A stretch of DNA of 64,000 bases from Burkholderiales bacterium (GCA_035762345.1 DASTPE010000107.1:3701-67700), one strand, 5' to 3'; shown: positions 8,903 to 18,423, counted from the stretch's first letter. The notes: generated by a model from the letters alone, not told the origin. Numbers and translations: made by a program.

Positions 8903-10407
8903 GCCATGCCGACCTGCGGAAGGCGGGGGATCGCGTCCGCGGGCCGCGAGCGGACCATGTCCCACAACTCGCTCTTCATTTTCGAAGTATCGAAGATGTT
9001 TTCCATCTCGTACGGATCGTTGGCGAGATCGTAAAGCTCACCGGCGCCGGAGCGCAGGTCCATCGTCAGCTTGTGGCGCCGGGTGCGCACCGTGCGCAGG
9101 TCGAGCTCGACGCCCGAGCGCGAGGGCCGCAGGTCCCATTCGCTGTAGGCGAACTCGCGCGTCTGCCCGCCTTCGATCAGTGCGCGAAGACTGCGGCTGT
9201 GCTTCGCATCGAAAGAGATTCCGGCATAGTCGGCGAAAGTCGCCGGCAGGTCCACGGTGGATACCGGATCGTCGACGACTTTGCCTTTCGGAATTCCGGG
9301 ACCCTGAAAAATGAGTCCCACCCTGAGCAATCCCTCGTACGCCATCGGTCCCTTGAGGATCAGGCCGTGGTCGCCCAGCCAGTCGCCGTGGTCGGTCGAA
9401 TAGACGATCAAGGTATTTTCAAGAAGGCCGAGCTGTTCCAGTTCCAGAACGATTCTGCCGACGTTGTGGTCGATGAGCGAGACCATTCCGTAATAGTTGG
9501 CGATCAGCTCGCGGAGCTGCCGGTCGGTGTGCACCGGGATGCGCGAGAATTCCTCTCGGATCTTGCGCAGGTGCTCGACGATATGCGGCTTGCCCTCGAG
9601 GCTTCGCCGATGCCACCACGGCCGGCGCTCGAGGTCGAGGCTGCGCTCGGACGGCAGGTCAACGTCGTCGGGGTGATGCAGCCGGCTCCACGGCTCGGGT
9701 GCGTCGAAGGGGTGGTGCGGGTCCGGGAAGGAGGTCCACAGGCAGAACCTCTCGTTTCGATTCGCGTCGATGAAGGCGATCGTGCGGTCGCCGACCCAGG
9801 TGGAATTGTGAAACGCCACCGGCAGGCCGGAGTGGAACGTCTGCATCGCTGTGGAGAGCGGCGGCAGCTGCGTCTCGTAGAGCCGCTGCAGCTCCTCGCC
9901 GCGGCCATTCTTGTGGAACCAGCGCTCGTAGTGCTGGCCGCGCGGCGGCTTCATCGGCGGCCAGTGATTGTGGCCCTCGACCACGAGCTCGACATGCTCG
10001 AAGCCCATGTAGGGGCCGTGCCAGTCGGGATCCTGGTCGCTGTTGCGGCACTCGGGCGTGCCGGTCGGCTTGAACGTATGCGAGGTCGCGAAGTGCGCCT
10101 TGCCGATGTAGCCAGTGCGGTAGCCCGCGCGCGCAAAGGCGCCGGCGAAACCCGCCTCGCCGATCTTCGGGTCGAGGTCGATGCCATTGTCCGAAACGCC
10201 GTGCGTGTACGGCAGAAGCCCGGTCAGGATCGAGGCGCGCGCGGGCTGGCACACGAGGTTGGGCGTGATGCACGCCGAGAAGCGCGTGCCCGCGCGCGCC
10301 ATGCGGTCGAGGTGCGGAGTCTTGACCTTGCGCCCTTCGAAGCCGTAGCAGTCGCCGCGTTGCTGGTCCGACGTGATGAAGACGATATTCGGCTTTCCGG
10401 GCATCAT
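8899..10407 (-). CDS. Cys-type sulfatase, no signal peptide
   Basis: IVFITSDQQRGD, C-x-P-x-R motif (CQPARASILTG), STDHGD. Starts directly next to the upstream Bug stop. Confidence 0.85.
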   Translation of the reverse strand: MMPGKPNIVFITSDQQRGDCYGFEGRKVKTPHLDRMARAGTRFSACITPNLVCQPARASILTGLLPYTHGVSDNGIDLDPKIGEAGFAGAFARAGYRTGYIGKAHFATSHTFKPTGTPECRNSDQDPDWHGPYMGFEHVELVVEGHNHWPPMKPPRGQHYERWFHKNGRGEELQRLYETQLPPLSTAMQTFHSGLPVAFHNSTWVGDRTIAFIDANRNERFCLWTSFPDPHHPFDAPEPWSRLHHPDDVDLPSERSLDLERRPWWHRRSLEGKPHIVEHLRKIREEFSRIPVHTDRQLRELIANYYGMVSLIDHNVGRIVLELEQLGLLENTLIVYSTDHGDWLGDHGLILKGPMAYEGLLRVGLIFQGPGIPKGKVVDDPVSTVDLPATFADYAGISFDAKHSRSLRALIEGGQTREFAYSEWDLRPSRSGVELDLRTVRTRRHKLTMDLRSGAGELYDLANDPYEMENIFDTSKMKSELWDMVRSRPADAIPRLPQVGMA

Positions 10408-11370
10408 TTACTGCGGCTCGATTCCCGCCGCCTTGACGATCGCCGGCCAGCGCGCCACTTCTCCGCGGATGAACTCGCCGTAGGCCTCGGGCGAAGCGCT
10501 CGGCGACACCTCGAGCCCTGCCTTCGTCAGGCGCTCGACCACCGCCGGATTCTTCAGCGCCTGCACGAAGTGCTGGAAGAGCTTGTCGATCACCGGCTTC
10601 GGCGTGCCGGCGGGAGCCACCGGGCCGAACCACTGGATCGTCTCGTAGCCCGGCAGGCCGGCCTCTTCCACGGTCGGGACGTCGGGCAGCGAGCGCGAGC
10701 GCGTGCGCGCCGTGACCGCGAATACTTTCAGCTTGCCGGCCTTGATGTGCGGCAGCGTGGGCGGCAAGCCGATCAGGCCGAGCGGCACCTGCCCGGAGAC
10801 GAGATCGACGATGAGCTGCCCGCCGCCGCGGTACGGCACGTGCGGAATGTCAAGCTTTCCCGCCTGCTGCTTGAAGAGCTCGCCCGCGAGGTGCTGCGGC
10901 GTACCGGTACCCGGCGATCCGAACGTAAGCTTCGAGTCGCCCTTCTTCGCCAGCGCGATCAGCTCCTTGAGGTCGTTGGCCGGCACCGACGGATGGCCAA
11001 CGATGATGTGCGTGCCGAGGATCGTGTTGGTGATCGGCGCGAAATCCTTGACCGGGTCGTGGTTGAGCTTCTTGTAGATCGCGGGCGCGATGGCGTTCGC
11101 ATCCGCGTACATGAGCAGCGTGTAGCCGTCGGGCGCCGCGCGCGCCACGTAGTCGGTGCCGACCAGGCCGCCGGCGCCGGTGCGGTTCTCGACGACGACC
11201 TGTGTGCCGAGGGTTTCCGACATCACTGCAGCGAGCGAACGCGAGGTGAGGTCCATTGCCCCGCCGGCGGCGTAGGGCGCAACGATGTGGATCGGCCTGG
11301 ACGGCCAGGGTTGGGCGAGCGCTCCGGTGCAGAACGCAGCCAGGGCGGCGAAAACGAGTTTCTTCAGCAC
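10408..11370 (-). CDS. Bug-family TTT substrate-binding protein
   Basis: Signal peptide MLKKLVFAALAAFCTGALA, then WPSRPIHIVAPYAAGGAMD. Typical C-terminus ARWPAIVKAAGIEPQ. Confidence 0.9.
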   Translation of the reverse strand: MLKKLVFAALAAFCTGALAQPWPSRPIHIVAPYAAGGAMDLTSRSLAAVMSETLGTQVVVENRTGAGGLVGTDYVARAAPDGYTLLMYADANAIAPAIYKKLNHDPVKDFAPITNTILGTHIIVGHPSVPANDLKELIALAKKGDSKLTFGSPGTGTPQHLAGELFKQQAGKLDIPHVPYRGGGQLIVDLVSGQVPLGLIGLPPTLPHIKAGKLKVFAVTARTRSRSLPDVPTVEEAGLPGYETIQWFGPVAPAGTPKPVIDKLFQHFVQALKNPAVVERLTKAGLEVSPSASPEAYGEFIRGEVARWPAIVKAAGIEPQ

Positions 11371-11471
11371 GATAGGTCCCTCCTCCTCGGCGATGCGGCT
11401 ATCGTAGCAGCCATTCCGGGTGTGTTAGGTTTGGGCCATCGTCCCGACTAAGGCGCATCGATGAGGAGACT

Positions 11472-12020
11472 ATGGACCGACGCACTTTCGTACTTGCCCT
11501 CGCCGCAGCGCCGCTCTGGGCTCATGCACAACCCAAGAACATGAAAGATATCCAGTCGCTGCAGAACAACTGGAAGAGCTTCCTTCCGGCCGGGGTCAGC
11601 GTCCCCTCGCCGACCGAGCCGCTCAAGCTCTCGAAGGATGAGTGGCGCAAGCGCCTGCCAAACGAGCTTGCCTACCGCGTGCTGCGCGAGGAGGCCACCG
11701 AGCGCGCAGGCACGAGCCCGCTCAACGATGAGAAGCGGCCCGGCATCTTCGCTTGCGCCGGCTGCGGGCTGCCGGTCTTCACTTCCGAAATGAAGTACGA
11801 GTCCGGCACCGGCTGGCCGAGCTTCTTCACCACCATCCCTGGCGTATTCGACATCAAGAAGGATTTCTACCTGATCTACCCGCGCACCGAGTACCACTGC
11901 AAGCGCTGCGGCGGACACCACGGCCACGTCTTCGACGACGGCCCGCCGCCCACCAACCAGCGCTGGTGCAACAACGGCGTCGCGCTCACGTTCATCCCCA
12001 AGGATGGCAGCAAGGCGTAA
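11472..12020 (+). CDS. msrB: Peptide-methionine (R)-S-oxide reductase MsrB, exported form
   Basis: Signal-like MDRRTFVLALAAAPLWAHA. Two CxxC pairs (CAGCGLP, CKRCGGH). GWPSF and RWCNNGVAL catalytic region. Confidence 0.9.
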   Translation: MDRRTFVLALAAAPLWAHAQPKNMKDIQSLQNNWKSFLPAGVSVPSPTEPLKLSKDEWRKRLPNELAYRVLREEATERAGTSPLNDEKRPGIFACAGCGLPVFTSEMKYESGTGWPSFFTTIPGVFDIKKDFYLIYPRTEYHCKRCGGHHGHVFDDGPPPTNQRWCNNGVALTFIPKDGSKA

Positions 12021-12025
12021 ACCAT

Positions 12026-12094
12026 AGTTCGGGGTCAGTGTCGCAATTCGTTTTTACGTACGCAAAAACGAGTCTCGACCCTGGCCCCGAATTG
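12026..12094. repeat. REP/MITE-like palindromic element, copy B (diverged)
   Basis: AGTTCGGGGTCAGTGTCGCAATTCGTTTTTACGTACGCAAAAACGAGTCTCGACCCTGGCCCCGAATTG, between the convergent msrB and kinase genes. Confidence 0.85.
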
Positions 12095-12106
12095 CGCTTG
12101 CCACTT

Positions 12107-13795
12107 TTATTCTCTTCCGGAGCGCCAGATCCCGTAAAAGATCCAGAGGCTATTGAGAAAAGCGAGGACGTAGCCGAGGAAACCGATCGCGGGTAGGACT
12201 GGGACGCCAAGGACCGCCGGTCCCTCGTGCACGGTCATGACGATCGCCGAGCCGATGACGAGCGAAGCGGTCATGATGCCGACGGTGACGCGGTCGAGGG
12301 TGCGATCGAGCCGCTGGCCGAAGCTGTCAAGGCGCTTGAGATCGAGGTCGACGCGGGTCTTGCCGCGGCGCGCCTCGCGCAGCAGGCGCGCGAGGTCGCG
12401 CGGCACGCCACCGACTACGCTCATGAACTCGCTCACCGCTGCGCGGCCACGCTGCGCGATCTGGCCCGGCTGGTAGCGCTCGGCGAGCGCGCTCTTCACG
12501 AGCGGCGTGAGGTGGTTGATGATGTGGAAGTCGGGGTCGTACTGGCGCCCCAGGCCCTCGAGGGTGATGAGCGCCTTGAACATGAGCGAGAGGTCCGAGG
12601 GCAGCACGATCGAGTGGCTGCGCACGATGCCGGCGAACTGACGGATCAGGTTGCCGACGCGGATGTCCTTGAGCGGCATGCCTTCGTAGTCGAACACCAT
12701 TTCGTTCACGTCGGCGGCGAGCTTGGCCTCGTCGACGTAGGCGTCGCCGGCCCAGTCGAGCAGCACCTCGAGCATCGGCTCCTCGGACATGCGCGCGAGG
12801 CCGCCGAGAAGGTCGATCACCTGCCCGCGACGTTGCGGTGAAAGGCGTCCAACCATCCCGAAGTCGATGATCACGATGCGGTTCCCCGGCAGGTAGAAGA
12901 CGTTGCCGGGATGCGGGTCGGCGTGGAAGAAGCCGTCGATCAGGATCATCTTGAGGAACGCGTCCACGCCGCGCGCGGCGAGGAGCTTTCGATCCAGACC
13001 CGCCTGTTCGACCGCGCGAAGATCCGTAGCCGGGATGCCCTCGACGTGCTCCTGCACGAGCAGCACGTCGCTCGTCCACTCGGGGTAGATGCGCGGGATC
13101 ACGATGTTCGGATCGCCGGCGAAGTTCTTGGCGAAGCGCTCGATGTTGCGCGTTTCGGTGACGAAGTCCGCCTCGCGCTCGAGCGAGCGCGCGAACTGCT
13201 CGGCGATCTCGGCCGGGTGGTAGCGCCGCGCCTCGGGGATCTCGGACTCGATCAGATCGGAGACGCGCCGCAGCAGGCGCAAATCAGCCTCGATCGTCTC
13301 GCGCACGCCCGGCCTTCTCACCTTGAGGATGACCGGCGTGCCGTCCTTGAGCCTTGCGCGGTGCACCTGCGCGATCGAGGCGGCGCCGTGCGCCTGCGTC
13401 TCGATGTCGCGGAATATCCCGGACGGCGGCGCGCCGAGCGCGCGCGTGAGCTCGGGAACGAGCGCCTCGAACGGCACCGGCTTCACGTCGGCGTGCAGCT
13501 TCTCGAATTCCGCGATCCAGCGCGGCGGGAATAGATCGACGCGCGTCGCCATGACCTGGCCGAGCTTCACGAACGTGGGGCCGAGCTCCTCGAGCGCCAT
13601 GCGCATGCGCTGCGCCGGGTCGAGCGTGACAGGGTCGTTGGCCGGGCTGCGCTGCAGGATGGCGCCGGCGCGCTCGAGCACGCCGGCGATGCCGATGCGG
13701 TGCACGAAATCGCCCAGCCCGTGGCGGATGAAAACGGACGCGATCTCGTGCAGCCGCGGCAGCTCGCGCATGATGCCGAGGGTTTGCCGCAGCAT
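12107..13795 (-). CDS. ABC1/AarF/UbiB-family atypical protein kinase with C-terminal TM helices
   Basis: FVKLGQVMATRVDLFP, ASIAQVHRA, FHADPHPGN and IIDFG motifs typical of the ABC1/UbiB family. Two hydrophobic helices at the C-terminus. Confidence 0.85.
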   Translation of the reverse strand: MLRQTLGIMRELPRLHEIASVFIRHGLGDFVHRIGIAGVLERAGAILQRSPANDPVTLDPAQRMRMALEELGPTFVKLGQVMATRVDLFPPRWIAEFEKLHADVKPVPFEALVPELTRALGAPPSGIFRDIETQAHGAASIAQVHRARLKDGTPVILKVRRPGVRETIEADLRLLRRVSDLIESEIPEARRYHPAEIAEQFARSLEREADFVTETRNIERFAKNFAGDPNIVIPRIYPEWTSDVLLVQEHVEGIPATDLRAVEQAGLDRKLLAARGVDAFLKMILIDGFFHADPHPGNVFYLPGNRIVIIDFGMVGRLSPQRRGQVIDLLGGLARMSEEPMLEVLLDWAGDAYVDEAKLAADVNEMVFDYEGMPLKDIRVGNLIRQFAGIVRSHSIVLPSDLSLMFKALITLEGLGRQYDPDFHIINHLTPLVKSALAERYQPGQIAQRGRAAVSEFMSVVGGVPRDLARLLREARRGKTRVDLDLKRLDSFGQRLDRTLDRVTVGIMTASLVIGSAIVMTVHEGPAVLGVPVLPAIGFLGYVLAFLNSLWIFYGIWRSGRE

Positions 13796-13801
13796 CGGCG
13801 G

Positions 13802-14419
13802 CTACGGTCGCTTGCTTTGCTTGTCCGCTGCGGATTTCTCCAGCGCGTCGGCCATTCCGGCGAGCACGCCGCTCGCCATCTGCGCGAAGCGCGCGCTGAA
13901 GTGGCCGGCGAGCTCGATTCCCGAGAAAGTGACGTCGGCCATCAGGCTCGCCGCCTGGCGCCCGGTCTCGGTGCCGGCGCGCGCCGCGCGCCGCGCGAGC
14001 TCGCGCAGCTCCGGTCGCGCACGCTCGTTTGCCGTCTCGGCCACCTGGCTCACCGTCGAGAGGAAGTCCTCCTCGATCTTCTTCAGGCCGGCGAGCGCCT
14101 GCTTCACCTCGTTATCGCTGATGCTGCGGCCGGTGGCCACCATCTTGCGCAGCGCCTCTTCGCCCGCCTCGACCGACTTGGTGAGCGCCTCGTCCATGCC
14201 GCGGAACGCCTGGCCCATCGCCTTGCGCACGGTGCCGCCGCTCGCCGGCGCCGCGGCCGCCATACCCTCGGTCATCGCGCGCACCACCTCGCGAATGCCC
14301 TCGCGGTCGAAGCGGCGGTTCGAAAGAGCGCTGAGAGTGAGATCGCGAAAGCGGCGCGTCACGTCCTCGCCGGTCTTCATCGCCTCGCCGGCTGCCTTTC
14401 TGAGATTGTCTTCAACCAT
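13802..14419 (-). CDS. Alpha-helical, Ala/Glu/Arg-rich protein (phasin-like / DUF), unknown function
   Basis: ORF 13802-14554 trimmed to ATG 14419 (MVEDNLRKAAGEAMK...). Overlaps the ATPase stop by 8 nt. Low-complexity helical composition. Family assignment not secure. Confidence 0.5.
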   Translation of the reverse strand: MVEDNLRKAAGEAMKTGEDVTRRFRDLTLSALSNRRFDREGIREVVRAMTEGMAAAAPASGGTVRKAMGQAFRGMDEALTKSVEAGEEALRKMVATGRSISDNEVKQALAGLKKIEEDFLSTVSQVAETANERARPELRELARRAARAGTETGRQAASLMADVTFSGIELAGHFSARFAQMASGVLAGMADALEKSAADKQSKRP

Positions 14420-15212
14420 GGATGCGAAGGTCCTCCTCGAGTGGCGGCCCGGGGAAGTGGAAACGCACCGGGCCATCCGGAAGCGCGTTGAGAAACTGCT
14501 TGAGATACGGATCCTCGGAGGCCGAGAGCTCGCGCGGCGTGCCCTTGCCGACAATCGTGCCGTCGCCGATGACGTAAACGTAGTGCGCGACCTTCAGCGC
14601 CTCCTGCACGTCGTAGGTCACGACGATCGAAGTCAGTCCGAGCGCCTGGTTCAGGCTGCGGATCAGGTTCCCGATCTGGTTGAGCGAAATCGGATCCAGC
14701 CCGGCGAAGGGCTCGTCGTACATCATGAGCTTCGGGTCGGTGGCGATGGCGCGCGCGAGCGCCACGCGGCGCGTCATCCCGCCGGAGAGGTCGGCCGGCA
14801 TCATCGTCCGCGCCCCGCGCAGGCCGACCGCATGCAGCTTCATCAGCACCAGCCGCCGCACCAGGTCCTCGGGCAGGTCGAAATTCTCGCGCAGCGGGAA
14901 TGCGATGTTCTCGTACACCGTGAGGTCGGTGAACAGGCCCGAGGTCTGGAACATCATCCCCATGTCGAGCCGCAGCCTGTAGAGGTCCTCGGCAGAAAGG
15001 CGGTGCACATTCTTGCCTTCCACCGTTACCGTGCCGCGCTGCGGATAGAGCTGCGCGCCGATGAGTTTCAGCAGCGTGGACTTGCCGGAGCCGCTGCCGC
15101 CGAGGATCGCGACCACCTGCCCGCGCCGGATGTCGAGATTGAGCCCGCGCAGGACTTCGAGGTCGCCGAACGAGAAATGCAGGTCCTTGATCTCGACGAC
15201 ATGCTCGGACAT
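14412..15212 (-). CDS. MlaF-like ABC transporter ATP-binding protein (orphan, no permease nearby)
   Basis: ORF trimmed to ATG 15212. Walker A GGSGSGKST, signature LSGGMTRRVALA, Walker B LMMYDEP. C-terminal extension (DPYLKQFLNALPDGPV) as in MlaF-type ATPases. Confidence 0.8.
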   Translation of the reverse strand: MSEHVVEIKDLHFSFGDLEVLRGLNLDIRRGQVVAILGGSGSGKSTLLKLIGAQLYPQRGTVTVEGKNVHRLSAEDLYRLRLDMGMMFQTSGLFTDLTVYENIAFPLRENFDLPEDLVRRLVLMKLHAVGLRGARTMMPADLSGGMTRRVALARAIATDPKLMMYDEPFAGLDPISLNQIGNLIRSLNQALGLTSIVVTYDVQEALKVAHYVYVIGDGTIVGKGTPRELSASEDPYLKQFLNALPDGPVRFHFPGPPLEEDLRIHG

Positions 15213-15229
15213 GCAACTACTATACGCCA

Positions 15230-16189
15230 ATGCATGCGTACGCCTCGCTTACGCCGGAAGTCGTGCTCGACGCGATCGCCGCGCTCGGGCTGCGCCCCGA
15301 CGGGCGGCTGCTCGCCCTGTCGAGCTACGAAAACCGCGTCTACCAGGTCTGGCTCGAGGACGAGGCCCCCGTGGTGGCGAAGTTCTACCGCCCGGGGCGC
15401 TGGACCGAGGCCCAGATCAAGGAGGAGCACGCCTTCGCGAAGGAGCTTGTGGAACGCGAAATTCCGGTGATTGCTCCGTCTGCCAAAGGAACGTTCAAAA
15501 ATTTCATCTATGCCGTCTATCCGCGCCGCGGCGGCCGCACGCCCGAGCTCGGCGACTTGAAGACCCTCGAATGGATCGGCCGCTTCCTGGGTCGCATTCA
15601 CGCCGTCGGCTCCACGAAGAATTTCACCCACCGGGAAAGTTTGACCGTGCAGACCTTCGGCCATGATGCGCGCGCTTACCTGCTCGAGCACGACTTCGTT
15701 CCGGCGGACCTTCTCGACGCCTGGAAAGCCGTGACCGAACAAGCTTTGCAGAGCGTCGAGCAGTGCTACGTCCGTGCTGGAGAGATAAGCAGCATTCGCC
15801 TGCACGGCGACTGCCATCCGGGGAACATCCTGTGGACGGATGACGGGCCGCATTTCGTCGACCTCGACGACGCGCGCATGGGGCCGGCGATGCAGGACCT
15901 GTGGATGCTCCTCTCGGGCGATCGCGCCGCCATGTCCGCTCAACTGAAGAAGGTATTGTCGGGCTACGAACAATTCATGGAATTTGATCGGAAGGAATTG
16001 AATCTTCTCGAAGCGCTGCGCACGCTGCGCCTCATTCACTACTCGGCGTGGATCGCGCGCCGCTGGGGCGATCCCGCCTTTCCGGCGGCGTTCCCGTGGT
16101 TCAACACCCAGCGCTACTGGCAGGACCGGATTCTGGAACTGCGCGAGCAGATCGCGCTGATGCAGGAAGAGCCGCTGAGCGCCGACTAA
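15230..16189 (+). CDS. srkA: Stress-response Ser/Thr kinase SrkA (YihE/RdoA family)
   Basis: LSSYENRVYQVWLEDEAPVVAKFYRPGRW, HGDCHPGNILW and FVDLDDA are hallmarks of YihE-type kinases. Confidence 0.85.
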   Translation: MHAYASLTPEVVLDAIAALGLRPDGRLLALSSYENRVYQVWLEDEAPVVAKFYRPGRWTEAQIKEEHAFAKELVEREIPVIAPSAKGTFKNFIYAVYPRRGGRTPELGDLKTLEWIGRFLGRIHAVGSTKNFTHRESLTVQTFGHDARAYLLEHDFVPADLLDAWKAVTEQALQSVEQCYVRAGEISSIRLHGDCHPGNILWTDDGPHFVDLDDARMGPAMQDLWMLLSGDRAAMSAQLKKVLSGYEQFMEFDRKELNLLEALRTLRLIHYSAWIARRWGDPAFPAAFPWFNTQRYWQDRILELREQIALMQEEPLSAD

Positions 16190-16221
16190 GTCGCCTTACG
16201 GCTGACGAAGAACGCGGATGC

Positions 16222-17142
16222 CTACTCCGCCGGCAAGCCGAGCACCTGGAACGAGCGCTCGAGTCGCGGCCCCATCGGCACGCCGAGACGGTAGCCGGAA
16301 GGCAGGGTCTTCAGGAACCACTTGTTGTAGATCGTGCGGATCTCGCCCGAGCTCGCCAGGGCGCGGAAGGTCTCGTGCACGACCTCGGCGAGGGGCGCGT
16401 CGCCGCGCGCGAACACGATGCCGTAAGGCTCGAACGAAAGCAGGTCGCCGACCGCGGCGTACTCACGCCGCAGCCCTTTCTCGGCGAGGTAGCCGGCGAT
16501 GAGGATGTCGTCGGCGGCGAGCGCGTCCGCGGCTCCGTCGGCGAGCCGCTCGAGCGCCTGCGCGTAGCCGTCGGCCGTTTCCAGCTTGAACCCCGTGCGC
16601 GGCGCAAGGCGCCGCATCGCCTCCTCGTTCGTCGTGCCGCGCACCGCGACCACGGTGCGGCCGGCGAGGTCGCGCGCCGAACGCACCGGGCTCCCGCGCT
16701 TCACGAGTAGCCGGGTGCCGGTGATGAAGATCACTGGCGAAAAGGCCACCCGCTTCGCGCGCTCGGCGGTATTCGTGGTCGAGCCGCATTCGAGGTCGAC
16801 GCGGCCGTCGGCCACCTGGTCGATGCGGTCGGCGGGGGTCACTCGCCGGTACTCTGTACGCAGGCGCAGGCCCCCGACCGCTTCGGAGATGTGCTCGATG
16901 ATGGCCTCGCACAGGTCGATCGAGTAGCCATGCGGTTCGCCGTCGCGTCCCGTGAACGAGAACGGCACAGCCTCGGTGCGGTAGCCGATGCGCACCACGC
17001 GCGCTTCTTTGATGCGCTTGAGCACCCCGGTAAGCGCGCGCGCTTGCGGCTCATCGGGATCCTGGGCGACGGCGCAAGGCAGCCCTAGAGCGAGCGCAAC
17101 GCCGAGGCCCGCTGCCCGCCACCAACGCGCGCGCAGGTTCAC
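16222..17142 (-). CDS. Amino-acid ABC-type periplasmic substrate-binding protein (SBP_bac_3)
   Basis: ORF 16222-17256, probable GTG start at 17142 (VNLRARWWRAAGLGVALALG signal), 5 nt after the upstream stop. VVRIGYRTEAVPFSF...GYSIDLCEAI. Confidence 0.75.
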   Translation of the reverse strand: MNLRARWWRAAGLGVALALGLPCAVAQDPDEPQARALTGVLKRIKEARVVRIGYRTEAVPFSFTGRDGEPHGYSIDLCEAIIEHISEAVGGLRLRTEYRRVTPADRIDQVADGRVDLECGSTTNTAERAKRVAFSPVIFITGTRLLVKRGSPVRSARDLAGRTVVAVRGTTNEEAMRRLAPRTGFKLETADGYAQALERLADGAADALAADDILIAGYLAEKGLRREYAAVGDLLSFEPYGIVFARGDAPLAEVVHETFRALASSGEIRTIYNKWFLKTLPSGYRLGVPMGPRLERSFQVLGLPAE

Positions 17143-17146
17143 CGGC

Positions 17147-18421
17147 TCAGGCCTTCGCGGTGATGGGTCGGAGGTCCGCCTCGTCCTTCGGCGGCGGGCC
17201 GATCGCGCCCTCCCACTTCGCGACCACCGTGGTGGCGATGCTGTTGCCGATGACATTGGTCGCGGTGCGCCCCATGTCGAGGAGTTGGTCGATCCCCATG
17301 ATGAGCAGCAGCCCGGCCTCCGGCAGGCCGAAGGTCGGCAACACCGCCGCGACCACCACGAGCGAGGCGCGCGGCACGCCCGCCACGCCCTTGCTGCTCA
17401 CCATCATGACGAGGAGGAGCGTGACCTGCTGCGCGAGCGACAGCTCGATGCCGTAGGCCTGCGCGATGAACAGCGCCGCAAACGCCTGGTAGAGCATCGA
17501 CCCGTCGAGGTTGAAGGAGTAGCCGAGCGGCAGCACGAACGAGGTCACGCGCTCGTTCACACCGAAGCGCCTCAGCTGCTCCATCAGCTTCGGGTATGCG
17601 GCCTCGCTGCTCGCGGTGGCGAACGCCACCAGCAGCGGCTCTTTCACGTAGCTGAGCAGCCGCAGCACCAGCGGGCCGAGGAAGACGAAGCCGACCGCGA
17701 TCACCGCCGCCCAGAGCGTGACGAGCGCGAGGTAGAACGAGCCGACGAACTTGCCGTAGGTCAGCAGCACGCCCAGCCCCTGCACCGTGATCGCCGCGGC
17801 GATCGCGCCGAACACGCCGGCCGGCGCAGCCCACATCACGTAGTCGGTGACCTTGAGCATCACCGGCACCAGCTCGTCGACGAACGCCTTCACCGTGCGT
17901 GCCGGCTCGCTTGTCATCGCGGATAGCGCGAAGCCGAAGAAGCAGGAGAACACGAGGATCTGCAGGATCTCGTTCGTCGCCATCGCCTCGAAGAAGCTGC
18001 GCGGAAAGACGTGCGTGAGGAACTCGCGCAGGTTGAGGCCGCCGGTCTTCAGGTTGGTGGCGGCGTCCTTCTCGGGCAGCGGCAGGCCGAGGTCGCGGCC
18101 GGGCGCGAAGGTGTTCGCGAACACCATGCCGAGCAGCAGCGAGCCGAGCGAGGCGGTGATGAACCACAGGATCGCCTTGCCGCCGATGCGGCCGACCGCC
18201 TTGGCGTCGCCGACGCCGGCGATGCCCGAGACCACGGTGGCGAACACCAGCGGCGCGACGATCATCTTGATGAGGCGCAGGAAGATGTCCGAGAGGATCG
18301 AGAAGTAGCCGGCGACCGAGGCTGCGGCGGCCGCGTCGGGAGAGAACGTGTGCCCGGCCCAGCCGGCGGCGATGCCGGCGAGCGCGGCGACGAAGATCCA
18401 GGTAGTTAGCTTCGAGCCCAT
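17147..18421 (-). CDS. Dicarboxylate/amino acid:cation symporter (DAACS; GltP/DctA family)
   Basis: ORF trimmed to ATG 18421. SSKGVAGVPRAS and IDQLLDMGRTATNVIGN motifs typical of DAACS carriers. Confidence 0.85.
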   Translation of the reverse strand: MGSKLTTWIFVAALAGIAAGWAGHTFSPDAAAAASVAGYFSILSDIFLRLIKMIVAPLVFATVVSGIAGVGDAKAVGRIGGKAILWFITASLGSLLLGMVFANTFAPGRDLGLPLPEKDAATNLKTGGLNLREFLTHVFPRSFFEAMATNEILQILVFSCFFGFALSAMTSEPARTVKAFVDELVPVMLKVTDYVMWAAPAGVFGAIAAAITVQGLGVLLTYGKFVGSFYLALVTLWAAVIAVGFVFLGPLVLRLLSYVKEPLLVAFATASSEAAYPKLMEQLRRFGVNERVTSFVLPLGYSFNLDGSMLYQAFAALFIAQAYGIELSLAQQVTLLLVMMVSSKGVAGVPRASLVVVAAVLPTFGLPEAGLLLIMGIDQLLDMGRTATNVIGNSIATTVVAKWEGAIGPPPKDEADLRPITAKA

Positions 18422-18423
18422 GG

